Below are positions 23,121-34,067 of a stretch of DNA of 64,000 nt, one piece after another; position 1 is the stretch's first letter; each line of letters begins with the position of its first letter. The notes beneath the pieces were generated by a model. The model was not told the origin of the DNA and ran no database searches. It saw only the letters and a list, made by a program, of their open reading frames with translations. The DNA comes from Felis catus (taxonomy: Eukaryota): the NCBI RefSeq assembly GCF_018350175.1, contig NC_058382.1, forward strand, positions 61,754,001 through 61,818,000, read 5' to 3'. The translations under genes were made by a program, and so were the position numbers.

Positions 23121-23281
23121 GCCACTAACTAAAACTTGCTTTCTTCAGGGACCACAGTAATGCCAAAATGTCATATGTGACCACAGTGCCAGATCGTGCA
23201 CCTTTGCTGTTGACACAATGGGTAATTTGATTTTACTGGTTTTGGTACTAATCTTAAGAGATTGCTGTTTTACCTTTTTGG

Positions 23282-23372
23282 TTAATTTAGATCAAATTTC
23301 TGAGAAGATTAAGTACTACATGAAAGAAAATGCAAAACATGCAGAAAAAAAATACCCTTTTGTGAACAGCAG
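23282..23372 (+). pseudogene. MIA3-like exon (~9)
   Basis: VNLDQISEKIKYYMKEN vs VTEQQISEKLKTIMKEN. The acceptor is GG and there is a frameshift in an A8 run; the GT donor is intact. Confidence 0.88.
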
Positions 23373-23639
23373 GTATAACCATCCCCCCACCCTTTTTTCC
23401 ATTTTCATGATTTCACCTGGAATTGTGTTCACTCCTGGTTCCCTGATTTTGCCATCTCCTCTTTCATCCTGATGTCCCATTTCATTCCATTTTATACCAG
23501 GCTAAATTCAAAGCAATTATCACATATGCAAAATACCACATTCTTTATTTCTGTAATGACTTACCCACCAGAGATAGGTTTTTATGTCAGCGTAATTAAT
23601 ATTTTTGAATTCTGAATCCTTTATTACATATTTGTGTAG

Positions 23640-23717
23640 ATCAGTGGAGCAAAGAAATGTGCTCAAGAAACTATGTGGCAAAATAAGCTTCCCTCTTATG
23701 AAGCACAAAGATGTAAG
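23640..23717 (+). pseudogene. MIA3-like exon (~10)
   Basis: ISGAKKCAQETMWQNKLPSYEAQRCK vs [26 protein letters not shown] (26 codons each). The donor is AT. Confidence 0.85.
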
Positions 23718-23737
23718 ATAAAAATCCCTTCTTTGTC

Positions 23738-23944
23738 CTGGGCTCCTGGTTGGCTCAGTCGCTTAAACATCCAACTCTTGGTTTCAGCTCAGGTCATGGT
23801 CTCATGGTTCGTGAGTTTGAGCTCTGCATCAGGCTTCGTGCTGACGGTGGGGAGCCTGTTTGGGGTTCTCTCCCTCTGTCTTTCTCTGCCCTTCCTCTGC
23901 TCATTCGCTCTGTCTCTCTCTCAGAAAATAAATTTTAAAAAAAG
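23738..23944 (+). mobile_element. SINEC in an MIA3-like intron
   Basis: Can-SINE head; the flanks share TCC(C/T)TCTTTGTCCT (TSD-like). Confidence 0.88.
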
Positions 23945-24027
23945 TGTTAGTATTCCTTCTTTGTCCTTTAAAAATGGAAGTAAAAGTAAGGAGTAAGTGT
24001 TCCTGATGACTATGTGTTTTGTTGAAG

Positions 24028-24138
24028 AATAACGGTGAGACACTTGAGCGCACTAATGAATTTTTTAATGGCATCATTCCAAGTGTACACGCTTCGTTGC
24101 AATCTGAGAGAAATCAGAACGTCAAGAATCGGGGCTTC
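24028..24138 (+). pseudogene. MIA3-like exon (~11)
   Basis: ..LQSERNQNVKNRGF vs ..LESEREQNVKNQDL (37 codons each). The donor is CTGAGT. Confidence 0.88.
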
Positions 24139-24740
24139 CTGAGTGAGCATAATTTGATGTTTGTGCCCTTTTGGTCATTGGGTGAATTGAGCCTCTCAAC
24201 CTTCCATGCTGTTCACTGCTGTTTCCAGCAATAACACCACAGTACCTCTTTTTTTTTTGGTAAGAGTTAGGCAGAATTTGTTTTCATAACCCTGGCTTAA
24301 TTTTTATATCATTCAGTGCTGCCAGGAGAGAACACTAGAGGTTTCTTGCCATGTTGAACAGTTCTGTTCCTCTTAATGCAGAGAATTTTGAAAGAGAATC
24401 TGGTGACAATATTTCTCTTCCATAGAGAAAAGTCGTTCATTGGAGCTGTTTGGCTTGAAAGATTTTACACTTTCTTTGCTTTTTCATTGTCATCCACTCA
24501 CAGTTCCATTGTCTGGAAACCAAGATAGTTGCTCTGAAACATTTACACCTTCCACTGTTCTCTTCATCCTTCATTTCTTTATGTGTCTGGCTTTTCTCTT
24601 TGGCCTAAACTGGATTGACTGTTTTTAATGATACAGGGACTGGCTCTGGGGTATGTTCTGTTGACAATGCTTCTTTGTGACACATTGTCCAGTGTTTGTT
24701 TGGAAAGCATAGTACACGTTTTGTTTCTATCCTACTTGCA

Positions 24741-24812
24741 AATCGAGGAAAGGAAAAATCTACAAAGAACTTGAAAGGTGCTATTTTAGTAAACACTTCA
24801 GAAGTTTCAGAA
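24741..24812 (+). pseudogene. MIA3-like exon (~12)
   Basis: EKSTKNLKGAILVNTSEVSE vs [20 protein letters not shown]. Acceptor damaged, donor GTAAAT. Confidence 0.82.
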
Positions 24813-24965
24813 GTAAATTCCCTCTATTTCCTGCAGGATTTCCATTGTACACTTTAGCTTTGAAGAAAAACAAACCTTTCATGTCTTAGAATATTTGATG
24901 TATATGTTATCTACTGAGTGATCTTCTTCTTGGGAAGAAGTCACTAAAGAGAATGTTTTGCTCAG

Positions 24966-25071
24966 GTTCACCTCTCCCTTGACAAAGTTCATACCAGCAA
25001 AGTGAAATTGAAGTGTGAAGAAACAGCCTGTGCAGAAAGAAAATGCTCAGCTTAAGATCCATAAGAATCAG
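24966..25071 (+). pseudogene. MIA3-like exon (~13)
   Basis: VHLSLDKV..KLKCE / VQKENAQLKIHKNQ vs VQIALNEA..KVKSE..VQEENARLKKKKEQ. +1 frameshift; the donor is AT. Confidence 0.85.
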
Positions 25072-25277
25072 ATAAAAAAAATTTACTGTCAAATGTTATA
25101 TAAATCAGAAATGAACATCATTAGTTCCTTTTTGAGTTTCTCTTCTTTAACTGTGGTAAAATACATGCATGAGAAAGTTTCCCAGCATAAACACTTAAGT
25201 GTACATTTTAGTAGTGCTAAGTACATTCAGGTCCTTCTCTAGTCATTCCACCTTTCTCAAATCTGTCTTAAAGTCAG

Positions 25278-25346
25278 GAGATACGAGTACACGCATCAAG
25301 GATTCGATGCCGGGAATCTTGACATCTCGTAAATGTAACCTGGAAG
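25278..25346 (+). pseudogene. Fused MIA3-like exon (~16 joined to the 3' end of ~17)
   Basis: GDTSTRIKDSMPGILTSR then KCNLE, vs GDRNEKMKNQIKQMMDVSR ... STKCNLE. The donor is AT. Confidence 0.7.
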
Positions 25347-25507
25347 ATGTGTTGCTTGGAAGAAAACCTCACTTGGTAGAATGAGTTTGGTCTGGGAAAG
25401 TAAAAAGTGGCTTCCTGCCTTGGGAAACCTGTCCTTTCTCCTCTCCCTGCTCCTGGGCTGACTCGTGGGAACAGGTGCACACATTCAAGTAAACTGTTTT
25501 ATGCTTG

Positions 25508-25652
25508 ACAGCAAAAAGGAACTGGGGGACAACTGTGATGCACTTAGGTGTGAGAAAGGGTCAAAGGACGCCAGATGGGACACGCTGAAGAAGAACGTAG
25601 ACGTTCGTGATGGAATGTGTGGACAAAGAAGCTCACAGAAGCTCACAGAAGA
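25508..25652 (+). pseudogene. MIA3-like exon (~18)
   Basis: DSKKELGDNCDALRCEK...TLKKNVDV vs DQVKKLEDDRNSLQAAK...TLRQKVEI. The acceptor is TG (an alternative AG lies at 25510-25511); donor GTAAGA. Confidence 0.8.
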
Positions 25653-26756
25653 GTAAGACTTTCAGGAGTTAATTGTTACAAACGCTGTTGTAAGAACGAA
25701 TGCGTCAGACAGCGGGGATAATTTTCTTTCTTTGAGCACATTTAACACCAACCATACTTTTACCATAGTAATCAGTAGAGAATTGTGTTTCTCCCTTCTG
25801 CTTCGATATCTATGATCTGCACCTTCCTTCACTTTGTGGAAACCTCAGGGTTTATTTTCATTGTCCTTTACATTTCAGTCCCATCATAGCGACATGACTG
25901 CCATATGTATGTATATTTTTGGTTAAACTCTAGACATTGGGTAGGAAATATTTGGAGGAGAATTCAGGTGTACTGAGATGGTATCTTGGTGCAGATGAGA
26001 TGGGAGTTTATGTCTGGCAGGAGATCAGGGGTGCCGGCATTACTGAATCCTGTGAACTCAGTTTTCCTTCCTTTCCCTCTTTTCCCTTCCCATCCCTTCC
26101 CCGCATTCCTTTCCCAGGAGACAATATTCTGAAGGTGGGCAATTCACATCATTTTCTTTTCATCAGTGTATTTTGCATTCTTCTCAACTGGTGTTTTTGA
26201 CGCAGGTGGCAGGAGTTCCCTCGTGAAGTGTAGAAATGTCCAGTAGGTCATTGTACAGTGTTAATAACACCATGTCCAAGAAAGATGTCTCTATGGCAAT
26301 GTCATGGCCCGAGCCTTGATTCAGAGTTCAGGACTCTTGGGGGGAAATCAGACAAGTCAGGAACCCCTGCATCATCCTTATGTGTTTAGTTGTGATGAGT
26401 TGGTCAGGCTTGGCTTTGTACACTGAAAAGAAATATGCTTATGCAGTCCCAATCACAAGAGCCTGAGTGCATCTCGTGTGGGATTTTTATATTTATGTGC
26501 TGTATTAATGAGTAGGAATAGAGAGCTATGAAGAGAAGCTCAGAGTTGCCAAAGACTTGCCAGCGCGCTGGAGTTTGACTTTGTTTAGTCCCTTCATGGG
26601 GGGCATCAATGCTTTCCTCTGGGTGTGTTTGTGGATCTGTGCATTTATGGGGAATGGGAGAGGGCACATTTGAGACCTGCTTTCAGATTTCAGGGAGGGA
26701 AGAAAGGCAGAATTTCACATGGGCTACCAGGGAATCTATGTTTCTTTCTCCTGTAG

Positions 26757-26858
26757 GAAGCTGGGACTGAAAGAATGGGAGCAGGTGAAAGGGGAGAAGC
26801 AGCTGTCAGTTACAGAGGAGAAAGTGAAATTAGCTGCAGAAGAGCTACGGAACTACAA
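26757..26858 (+). pseudogene. MIA3-like exon (~19)
   Basis: KLGLKEWEQVKGEKQLSVTEEKVKLAAEELRNYK vs [34 protein letters not shown]. AG and GT intact, frame open. Confidence 0.9.
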
Positions 26859-27530
26859 GTGAGTTTAGCTTCTACCAGCAGCTCACACGACACCCATTGT
26901 ATTACTTTGAAACTTTGTACAGTGTTTAGAGCCAAGTAGCACACAAATATACACAAACATTCAAGAGACATTTGTTCCTATAGAGACTTCAAGAGAAATG
27001 TGACATTTTCCAGACATTAAGTTAAACATATGAATCTAAACAAGTTAAGTCAATAAAGATTTCCTGATCCCCAATGCTGGCCAGACTATGTGGAAATGTG
27101 GTTCCTGAGCATGTTTCTGGAAGTGCTGGAAATGATTACAAACCTCAGGAAGCAGTTCGGTGGAGGACGAATCACACCAACAAATATGACCATCCCATTT
27201 GAGAGACCCGCTTGTTGTAACCATGAGGAAATGATAAGGATACAAGGAAAAGATTTGAACTTTATGATGAAAGATACTTATTGCAGGATTAGGGAGCTGT
27301 CACCACAGGTAAGGAGACCGTGTCAACATGGAGTCCCGCAGGCATTAAATAATAAATCCAAGATGATGTAGCGATGGCTGGGAGCTTTCTGTACTCTCCT
27401 TCTCATGTGAAATGTGTCTTATATGACTGGGTCGTGTGTATGAGAATTCAGTTCTTATAATGGGAACCTGGGCCAATTAACATCACCCTCAACATGGTGC
27501 TGCATCTGATGAAAGCCATTGCACGCCCAG

Positions 27531-27591
27531 GAGAAGAGTAGAAGAAACACAAGAACAGCTGCAGCAGTCAGAGCTCACCTTTGGAAACCAG
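27531..27591 (+). pseudogene. MIA3-like exon (~20)
   Basis: RRVEETQEQLQQSELTFGNQ vs [20 protein letters not shown]. AG and GT intact. Confidence 0.92.
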
Positions 27592-27701
27592 GTAGCCTGC
27601 ACTCTGCCTAATAGTTCCTGAGTGCTTCAGCACCTAACGCAGATGATGATAATGGGCCACTGAATCTCTCCACATGGGTTTTTATTGATGCCCTCTTTCA
27701 G

Positions 27702-27737
27702 ATGGCTCTTTGTGAGAAGGCGGCTCAGGACACTTGG
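27702..27737 (+). pseudogene. MIA3-like exon (~21)
   Basis: MALCEKAAQDTW vs IATHEKKAHENW. The donor is GGAAGA. Confidence 0.85.
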
Positions 27738-27818
27738 GGAAGAATGTTTTTCTGTCCTCTTGTGCACACCCTGCCACAGCTGAACATGGATGCGTTTCTC
27801 TCTTCCAGCTCCTCCCAG

Positions 27819-27886
27819 CTCAGGGCTCATGATCTGGAGAGGGCGGCAGTGGAACAGAGCAGGGAGGTCACCTACTTGAAATGCAG
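27819..27886 (+). pseudogene. MIA3-like exon (~22)
   Basis: LRAHDLERAAVEQSREVTYLKCR vs [23 protein letters not shown]; 68 nt with AG and GT. Confidence 0.88.
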
Positions 27887-28013
27887 GTCCAGGATTTTGA
27901 CATTTTTTTTTTAAGGGTGCTGTGAGGTTTTTAAAAAGGCTAAACTGTTCGGTGTCCACTGGAGACCTGGGTGTGGTAACTCTTAGTGAAACTGATTCAT
28001 CTTGATCTTCAAG

Positions 28014-28106
28014 ACTGGAAGTCATCCAAAGACAGAGGCTTCCAGAGGAATTCAGGAGGCACAAACTAATGGCAAGAGGACATGAGAGGGAGATCTCCAT
28101 GGAGAG
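28014..28106 (+). pseudogene. MIA3-like exon (~23)
   Basis: Expected position and phase; ends CCATGGAGAG|GT like the P-R-R-G junction. Weak peptide similarity and shorter than expected. Confidence 0.7.
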
Positions 28107-28274
28107 GTATGGAGCACATGGTGAAATGCGGTAGTTTAACTTCTGCAGCAACATCCGCACAATCGGCTTCTTGTTCCAGTGGGTGTAATTGTTTGATTTC
28201 CTGCAAACAGTCCCAGGTGGTTACTAGAGGGCACAGGTTGTCTCACAGTGGTGACAGGACACTGTTTCCCTCAG

Positions 28275-28408
28275 ATGCCCCCAGCCAGCAGGGCTCTTTA
28301 GGTCTGTACCTTGTGAGTGGTGGAGTTTACGCCCCTCCACTGACTGTGGGTCCCCCTTCAACCTCCTGGTTACACTTAATTGGAGAGTGGGTGCTAGAAC
28401 AGATGTGG
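28275..28408 (+). pseudogene. MIA3-like exon (~24)
   Basis: APSQQGSLGLYLVSGGVYAPPLTVGPP / LVTLNWR vs [34 protein letters not shown], with an internal frameshift. Confidence 0.9.
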
Positions 28409-29107
28409 GTCAGCGCCCCTTCCACCTTGAGACAATGTTGAAGGCTGTTTCTTTTGTTTCACATGAATAACGTGAACAACAGCATGAATTGGAGGCTTTA
28501 TGTCTCGATGAGCTTTCTTGATTTGGCTTTTGGGTAAATGCTCCATAGAAAATATGGTTTCTATAAAGAAAGCAGACATTTCTTTCCTCTGTTTGGAGGT
28601 GCCTTTATTCTTTAAAAGTTTTTTTTTTTTTTTTTTGTATTGTGAACTATAGTACTCCATTAGTAAAGTAAATCCTTGTGAAATTTCACTCCTCTAATGT
28701 TATTTTATTAGTGTAACTATAAAACTTTGCAGGTCATTCCACATAGAATTAACCTTTCCCTACCTCATTACTATAGTATTAGTCTCTTCAAGGCCATTTC
28801 TGTTCATGAATACTTACATAATCCCTTGTCAGATACATAAGGCAGATGATATATACAGTAAACCACTTGAAAAATCCCACCCATGCCTTGTAGAAAAGGA
28901 CAGTGTGCTGTTCATGCTGGCGTTTACTGACATTATCCTAACTAAGCCATTCTTATTTTCATTTTTAATCTGTGATAAATTGCCATTTCCCATGATGTGT
29001 ATTAGGAAACCCTTCTTTTAGTGTTGATTTCCAGTGAATTGAGCCCTGACCTGTCCACAGTTGGTTGATTATCACATAGCCGAAGGCCTCACGGTGCCTT
29101 CTTCAAG

Positions 29108-29356
29108 GCTCCCCTGAGTCCCAGTGGGTCATCACCTGTGCCATGTGGAAAGCCCTGCTTCTGGTAAGGGACCTTATTGTAGCAAGCAGTGTGAGATGGT
29201 GGAGGAAGGCACGGGGGTATTTGTTTTTTCCACCCAGTCTACGCAAGTCGGAATAAACCTCCATCCCTTCTTTCACCTCTATCGAATGCAGAACCTGGAG
29301 CAGCTTCAGTGAGGAACAAGAATTCAGTCCCTACTATGGCCACAGAGAAGGTCAAG
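29108..29356 (+). pseudogene. MIA3-like exons (~25 at 29108-29163; ~26 at 29238-29356)
   Basis: GGAAAGCCC..TTCTG|GTAAGG (GKP..S junction) and AEPGAASVRNKNS..PTMATEKVK vs DPGSGTATMMNSSS..PTRVLDEGK. Confidence 0.65.
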
Positions 29357-30171
29357 AGGAATGATGTGACAATTTTCTGTTGTCACTCTCTCTCTGGAAT
29401 CTTTTGTCTCTTTAGACAGCACTCTCTCCTGGGGTGGTCTCTAGGTTGTGTGTTCTGACATATGTCTATGGTGTCATTTACTTTACAAAGAGTAAAACTC
29501 TTTCCCCAGAGCCGACAGGCCTCTCTGTTCTTAGCTTGTTTGTCACCTTTGGTGGTGCCTCCAGAAGCCATAAGTGTTCAGAGGCTGGGGACCACAGGGC
29601 AGCCACTGTGTGTTTGTGGAAGTAACATGAGGATGACATCGCACCCCACACTTACGTCTCCTGGCCTGGCTCACTTCTTCCAGACCTCCTTTCATGGGAA
29701 TATTCCTAAACACTGAAACAGTTTAATTGTTGTTCTTTTGCTCCTTTTCTGTACAGAGTTAGTCATTAACCTGGTTAGAACATTGGTTGCGATCCTCACT
29801 AACTGAAAAACACGAAAAGTCCTACTTTCTGCGATGTGCTTAGCAATTTTGAATGCTCTTAGTCAAAGGTTAATCTTTTCCAAATTTCATAATTCATCAG
29901 TTTTCCCATCTCTGGGAAATGTGCTTTTGCAGAGTCGCTGCAGCTGTTCATGTAGTAAACATATTATGAATTCCCAGGGAAGACATATTTGCAGTAGAAC
30001 ACTGCAATGCTTGCAGTGAGGAAACCCTGCATTAATCCAGATGTTGTGGTCTTTTCCCAACTACCAGCTACCTCACAGTAGCACCAATCCAGGTGGGAGC
30101 TGAGGTAGACTTATGGTAGTAGTTTTTGGGGTGAGACTTATGATGTCTCGTATTCCTCCCAGTGTTTTCTT

Positions 30172-30418
30172 TATTTTTTCTTTTCTTTCTTTATTTTTTT
30201 TTGCAATGGTTGTTTATTTATTGAGCAGGAGAGAAAGAGAGACAGAACACAAGTGAGAGAGGGGCAGAGAGAGAGAGAGGGAGACACAGAATCCAAAGCA
30301 GTCTCCGGGCTCTGAGCTGTCAGCCCAGAACCTGATGAGAGGCTCAAACTCATAACCCATGAGATCATGACCTGAGCCGAAGTCAGACACTTACCCGACT
30401 GAGACACCCAGGTGCCCC
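30172..30418 (-). mobile_element. SINEC
   Basis: Can-SINE body with TSD-like TCCCA(G/C)TGTTTTCTT on both flanks. Confidence 0.9.
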
Positions 30419-31304
30419 TCATCCCACTGTTTTCTTAGTGACAGATGGGCAGGGCAGAGGTTGAAGACATGAAACCCTTTCCTCCCTCACCACCAAGGCG
30501 GGGTTTGTTGTAAGCATCGGGCTCTGTCCTGGACTTGAAGCCCATGCATTCTGCCCTTGAGCCACTGATGCCTGCAGGGCCCTCCTTCCTCCCAGGTTGT
30601 GGACGCAACCAGCCCTCCAGCAACTTTGGGGTCATGGCTGGGCCACCAAGGGTTCAAGGTCTGGTTGTCCAGATGCTTCCCAGGAGTGGCTTGGAACAAC
30701 AAAGCTGCAGTACAGGTCAGCATGAGCAGCTTCTGTAAACAGGATTCGCATACACTGCGATCAGGGCCTGGGCTAAAAGATGACAGGAGAGAGGAGGACA
30801 CAGGACATGTGGTGCCATGCTGCATGGACAGGGCTGCATAGAGCAGAAGGACAAGGGCCTGAGGAAAGGCAGAGAAAGAGACAGGTAGGGAGAGAGACAC
30901 TGAGTCAGTGATGGGGGAATTGGACATGTCTGAAGGAGAGAGAGGAAGAAACACAGGGAGACAGGAGTAGAGAGAAGCAGTGACAAAGAGGAGGCAAGGA
31001 AGAAAGGATGGAGCTGGTCACAGTGTGTCGAGGGGACGATGGGCCATCCAGGAGGAGCTCTGTGATGACGCTCTTAGTGTTGGAGGCAGAAAGTGTAGGA
31101 ACCCTGGGCATGACAATTCCCTGAGTGCAAAGCTCCAACCTCACAGCAGCAACCTCTGTACAGGCCATTGCCCTTGAGAAGATGGGTGCCCCTCATTTTG
31201 CCTGGCGTGTGGGGGCCCTGTCTCCGTATCAGTCATGGAGAGAAATGGCTTGAGGCAGAGTGTGCAGCTCATTAGCAGGTAAAGTCCAGAGTGTGCCCCA
31301 TGGC

Positions 31305-32970
31305 ACACTCCAATTGTAGCTGTTAACCTCGGAAATGAGGGAGAATCCCTCACATCTATTAAGCAGAGGAACAGGGAGAGAGAGTCAGTGTCCCCTTTTA
31401 GTCGGGTTCTATCTCGGCTAGACCAATAAGGTCCTCTTCTGGAGGTTCCGCCTGATATCTGCTGGGTTTTTGGGGCTTTCCCTGGTTGGGACACTTATTC
31501 TTTCTAATGTCCTTTCCCCTTGCAGTAGGATCATTGACCCCTTGCTAAGGAGGTTCTCGGCCTCCCCCGTTGCTGCTGGGCATATTTATGGCCTTATAAG
31601 CCCCCTGTTGTGATCTCCCTGAGACCCTCTTGATATCAACAGATGTGGACCTGCATCTGGAGAGCACCTGCGCCTGGCCGAGGGCGCAATCTAGCCACAG
31701 GACCTTGTGGGGGAGGGTTGTCTGGCATGGAGGGGAGGAAAATGGGTGGCTGCAGTGGCAGCGCCCTGGCTGGGAGGCTGCAGCAGTGGCAGCAGTGGCA
31801 GCAGCCAGCCCGCTGGGGGAGGAGTTTCAAGCTCAGGGGAGGGGAGGGGAGCCTAAAGTGTCACGAAGAGGGGAACATTAGGGGAGCAGTCTGTCGCTTC
31901 TTTGGCTCCCTGGGTGAGTCTCCGGATAAAGCAGCTAAAACCTTTGCTTGGCTCTCCTTGCTCCATCCCCACTCCACAATTCTCCCGTGAGGTGGAGTCA
32001 CAAAGGCAGAGGGACAGGGGCGCCCCCTCCAATGAGGAGACCAGCCAGATGCCTGCCTGGCCATGTCCTGAAGGAACCCAGGTGATGCTCAGCCACACAG
32101 GTCCCAGCCTTGTGACACATGATCAGAAACCACTCTGATATCACCACAGACCGAGTGCCATTCATTATGGAATCTCAGACAGGCCCACTCAGTCTCCATG
32201 GGCCCTTAGGGGCCACAAGGGTACCTGTCTGTGGAGCCACAGAATCTTACTCAGCAGGCAAGCTAGACCGAATCGCACATTCACATTCACATGCACACCA
32301 GATGTTATTATATTCCCTACCAGAGAATCCCTACCTGTGAGGCTTCTGAAGTCTTGGGGAGTAAACAGGTCCCCCTTCCAGTCTTGTGAGTGGCCCTGAC
32401 TAGATTGGGCCCCAGCCTTACCTGTTCCGGCCCGTGGGTCCAGTACCTCACCAGCCAAGTCTCCTCGAGTCCGGTGGGAACGGCAGCGAGGTGCTGGCCT
32501 GAATGGGACAGAGAAGGAAACTGCCGATATTTAGGCAGGTTGCTCGCTCTACCTTGTGATCCCTCATTCCGTCACTGCCTCGCTGTTCTCCCAAACTGGT
32601 GGCAACAATGAGCCAGCATGGTTGGGTTTCCTGCTCAGGGGACCAAATTTGTTACAGAACCAGCCTGGAACACTGGCGGAAAAACCAAGTGGCACTCAGA
32701 GATCTTGGAGGATTGGAGATTTATTTAACACCAACGGGCTCAGAGGAGACCATATGTCTCCAAAGATCTGAGCCCCGAATGCGAGCAGGAAGGGTAATTT
32801 TTTGTTATCAGCCTCCATATTTGTGTGTGTGTGTGTGGGGGGGTGGTTTTCAAATGTGCAGCAAAGGAAGAAGAACCCGAAGAAGGGGGTCTCTAAGCTA
32901 GAGACTAGAGTTTGTTTTAGTCGTTTTAGTCCAATCAGCCACCTTTAGTGTACTTTCTCCACTTTTCCAA
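31305..32970 (-). mobile_element. Truncated ERV1-like provirus: LTR (~32650-32970), tRNA-Glu-like PBS, leader/gag remnant
   Basis: The minus strand reads ..TAACA-AATT-TGGTCCCCTGAGCAGGAA (32645-32628), 15/18 identical to the tRNA-Glu PBS TGGTTCCCTGACCGGGAA. The segment is absent from paralogous copy B. Confidence 0.65.
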
Positions 32971-33990
32971 CAGAACTAGTTATGTGCAACATGATAGTGC
33001 ATAGCTATTCTTACGTCTACTGCTGATCTCTGGATTGTGGATTGTAAGTGAGCAGTTTAAAACACCACCGCCTTCTCTTACATGAAAAGAGAAGCCTCTG
33101 TCTTCACCCAGCCTTCCTCTGATTGTGAAGACATGGCAATTATTATTTGAAGGCACACTTATCTACCTATGAGTCTGATGGAAATTATTTCACACATATT
33201 CATTTCTAAAGCACTTTTCATAGAAAATATTACCCATATAGAGGCAGGAAATTCATAACAGATGTGTAGCTCCCTCTAGGTATGCATTCTGACCTTGTCA
33301 CATTTGTGTCATCAAACACATTATTGACAACGTGAAAAATAAGCTCTCAACATCAAGATGGTGACATTAGAGGATATGGTGTAAAAGGAATTTCATGTAT
33401 TCTCAGTAGAAATAAATTTTAATGGTGGAGGAGAAAGTTAAATATTGTCATATTTTATTGACATATAGTAGACACACCATGATGTATTAGTACCAGGCGA
33501 ATATCACAGTGATTCCGTGTGTATACAATATGCTCTCCATATACCTAGACAAGCATAGCTATAATGTGAAAGCATGCAATATTTTCTTACAGGGTTGACT
33601 ATATTCCATAATCTGTACATTGTATCCCAATGACATATTCATTTCATAGCTGGAAGCCTGTATCTCTTTCTCAAGGGTGTCAATTTTTTATTCAACCCAA
33701 GTATTTTCATGGTAAACACCACTGCCTGTGGTTCATTCAGCATGTGTCAATTTGCAGTCTGTATTTCTGGGAATGCTGTTTAAAGCATTACAAATTACAT
33801 CACTATATCAATAAATTCGGTTTCATTCCTCATTCAGTAAAAAGGAGAAGGAAAAGATTTCTGTGTGTCCCAGGCCCTGTCACTAAGACCCTTCCCAATC
33901 TGGAGGACAGTTTTAACTGGACCAGCTACACCCTCAGTACCTCCAGCTGAGCGGCCATGGCTTTGAACATTGCAGGAATTCCCACGGCGG

Positions 33991-34067
33991 CCAGCAGAGG
34001 GCGCGCACACAGCACGCCCATGGAGGGGCCTGTCCTCTGCAGGCTCAGCGATGGCCAGAGAAGGCGC
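33991..34067 (+). promoter_or_regulatory. CTCF motif pair (module copy 2)
   Basis: CCAGCAGAGGGCGC at 33991-34004 (consensus match) and degenerate CCAGAGAAGGCGC at 34055-34067. Confidence 0.6.

Larger units (their letters stand above)
20967..29356 (+). pseudogene. MIA3: Unprocessed MIA3/TANGO1-like paralog, copy A (cytosolic part, approx. human exons 8-26; disabled by splice-site loss and frameshifts)
   Basis: 16 colinear exon-like segments whose peptides, order and mostly lengths and phases match recalled human MIA3 (see individual entries). This is a diverged paralog, not the MIA3 ortholog. Confidence 0.9.

Noticed and set aside
26757..26858. NBPF-like reading of AEELRNYK
   Set aside because: Superficially like NBPF AEELRQYK, but exon boundaries and all neighbouring exons fit MIA3 instead.
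30437..30740. Candidate MIA3 terminal exon (also 44960-45210)
   Set aside because: Conserved between the duplicated units and at a plausible position, but I could not align its translation convincingly to the MIA3 C-terminus.
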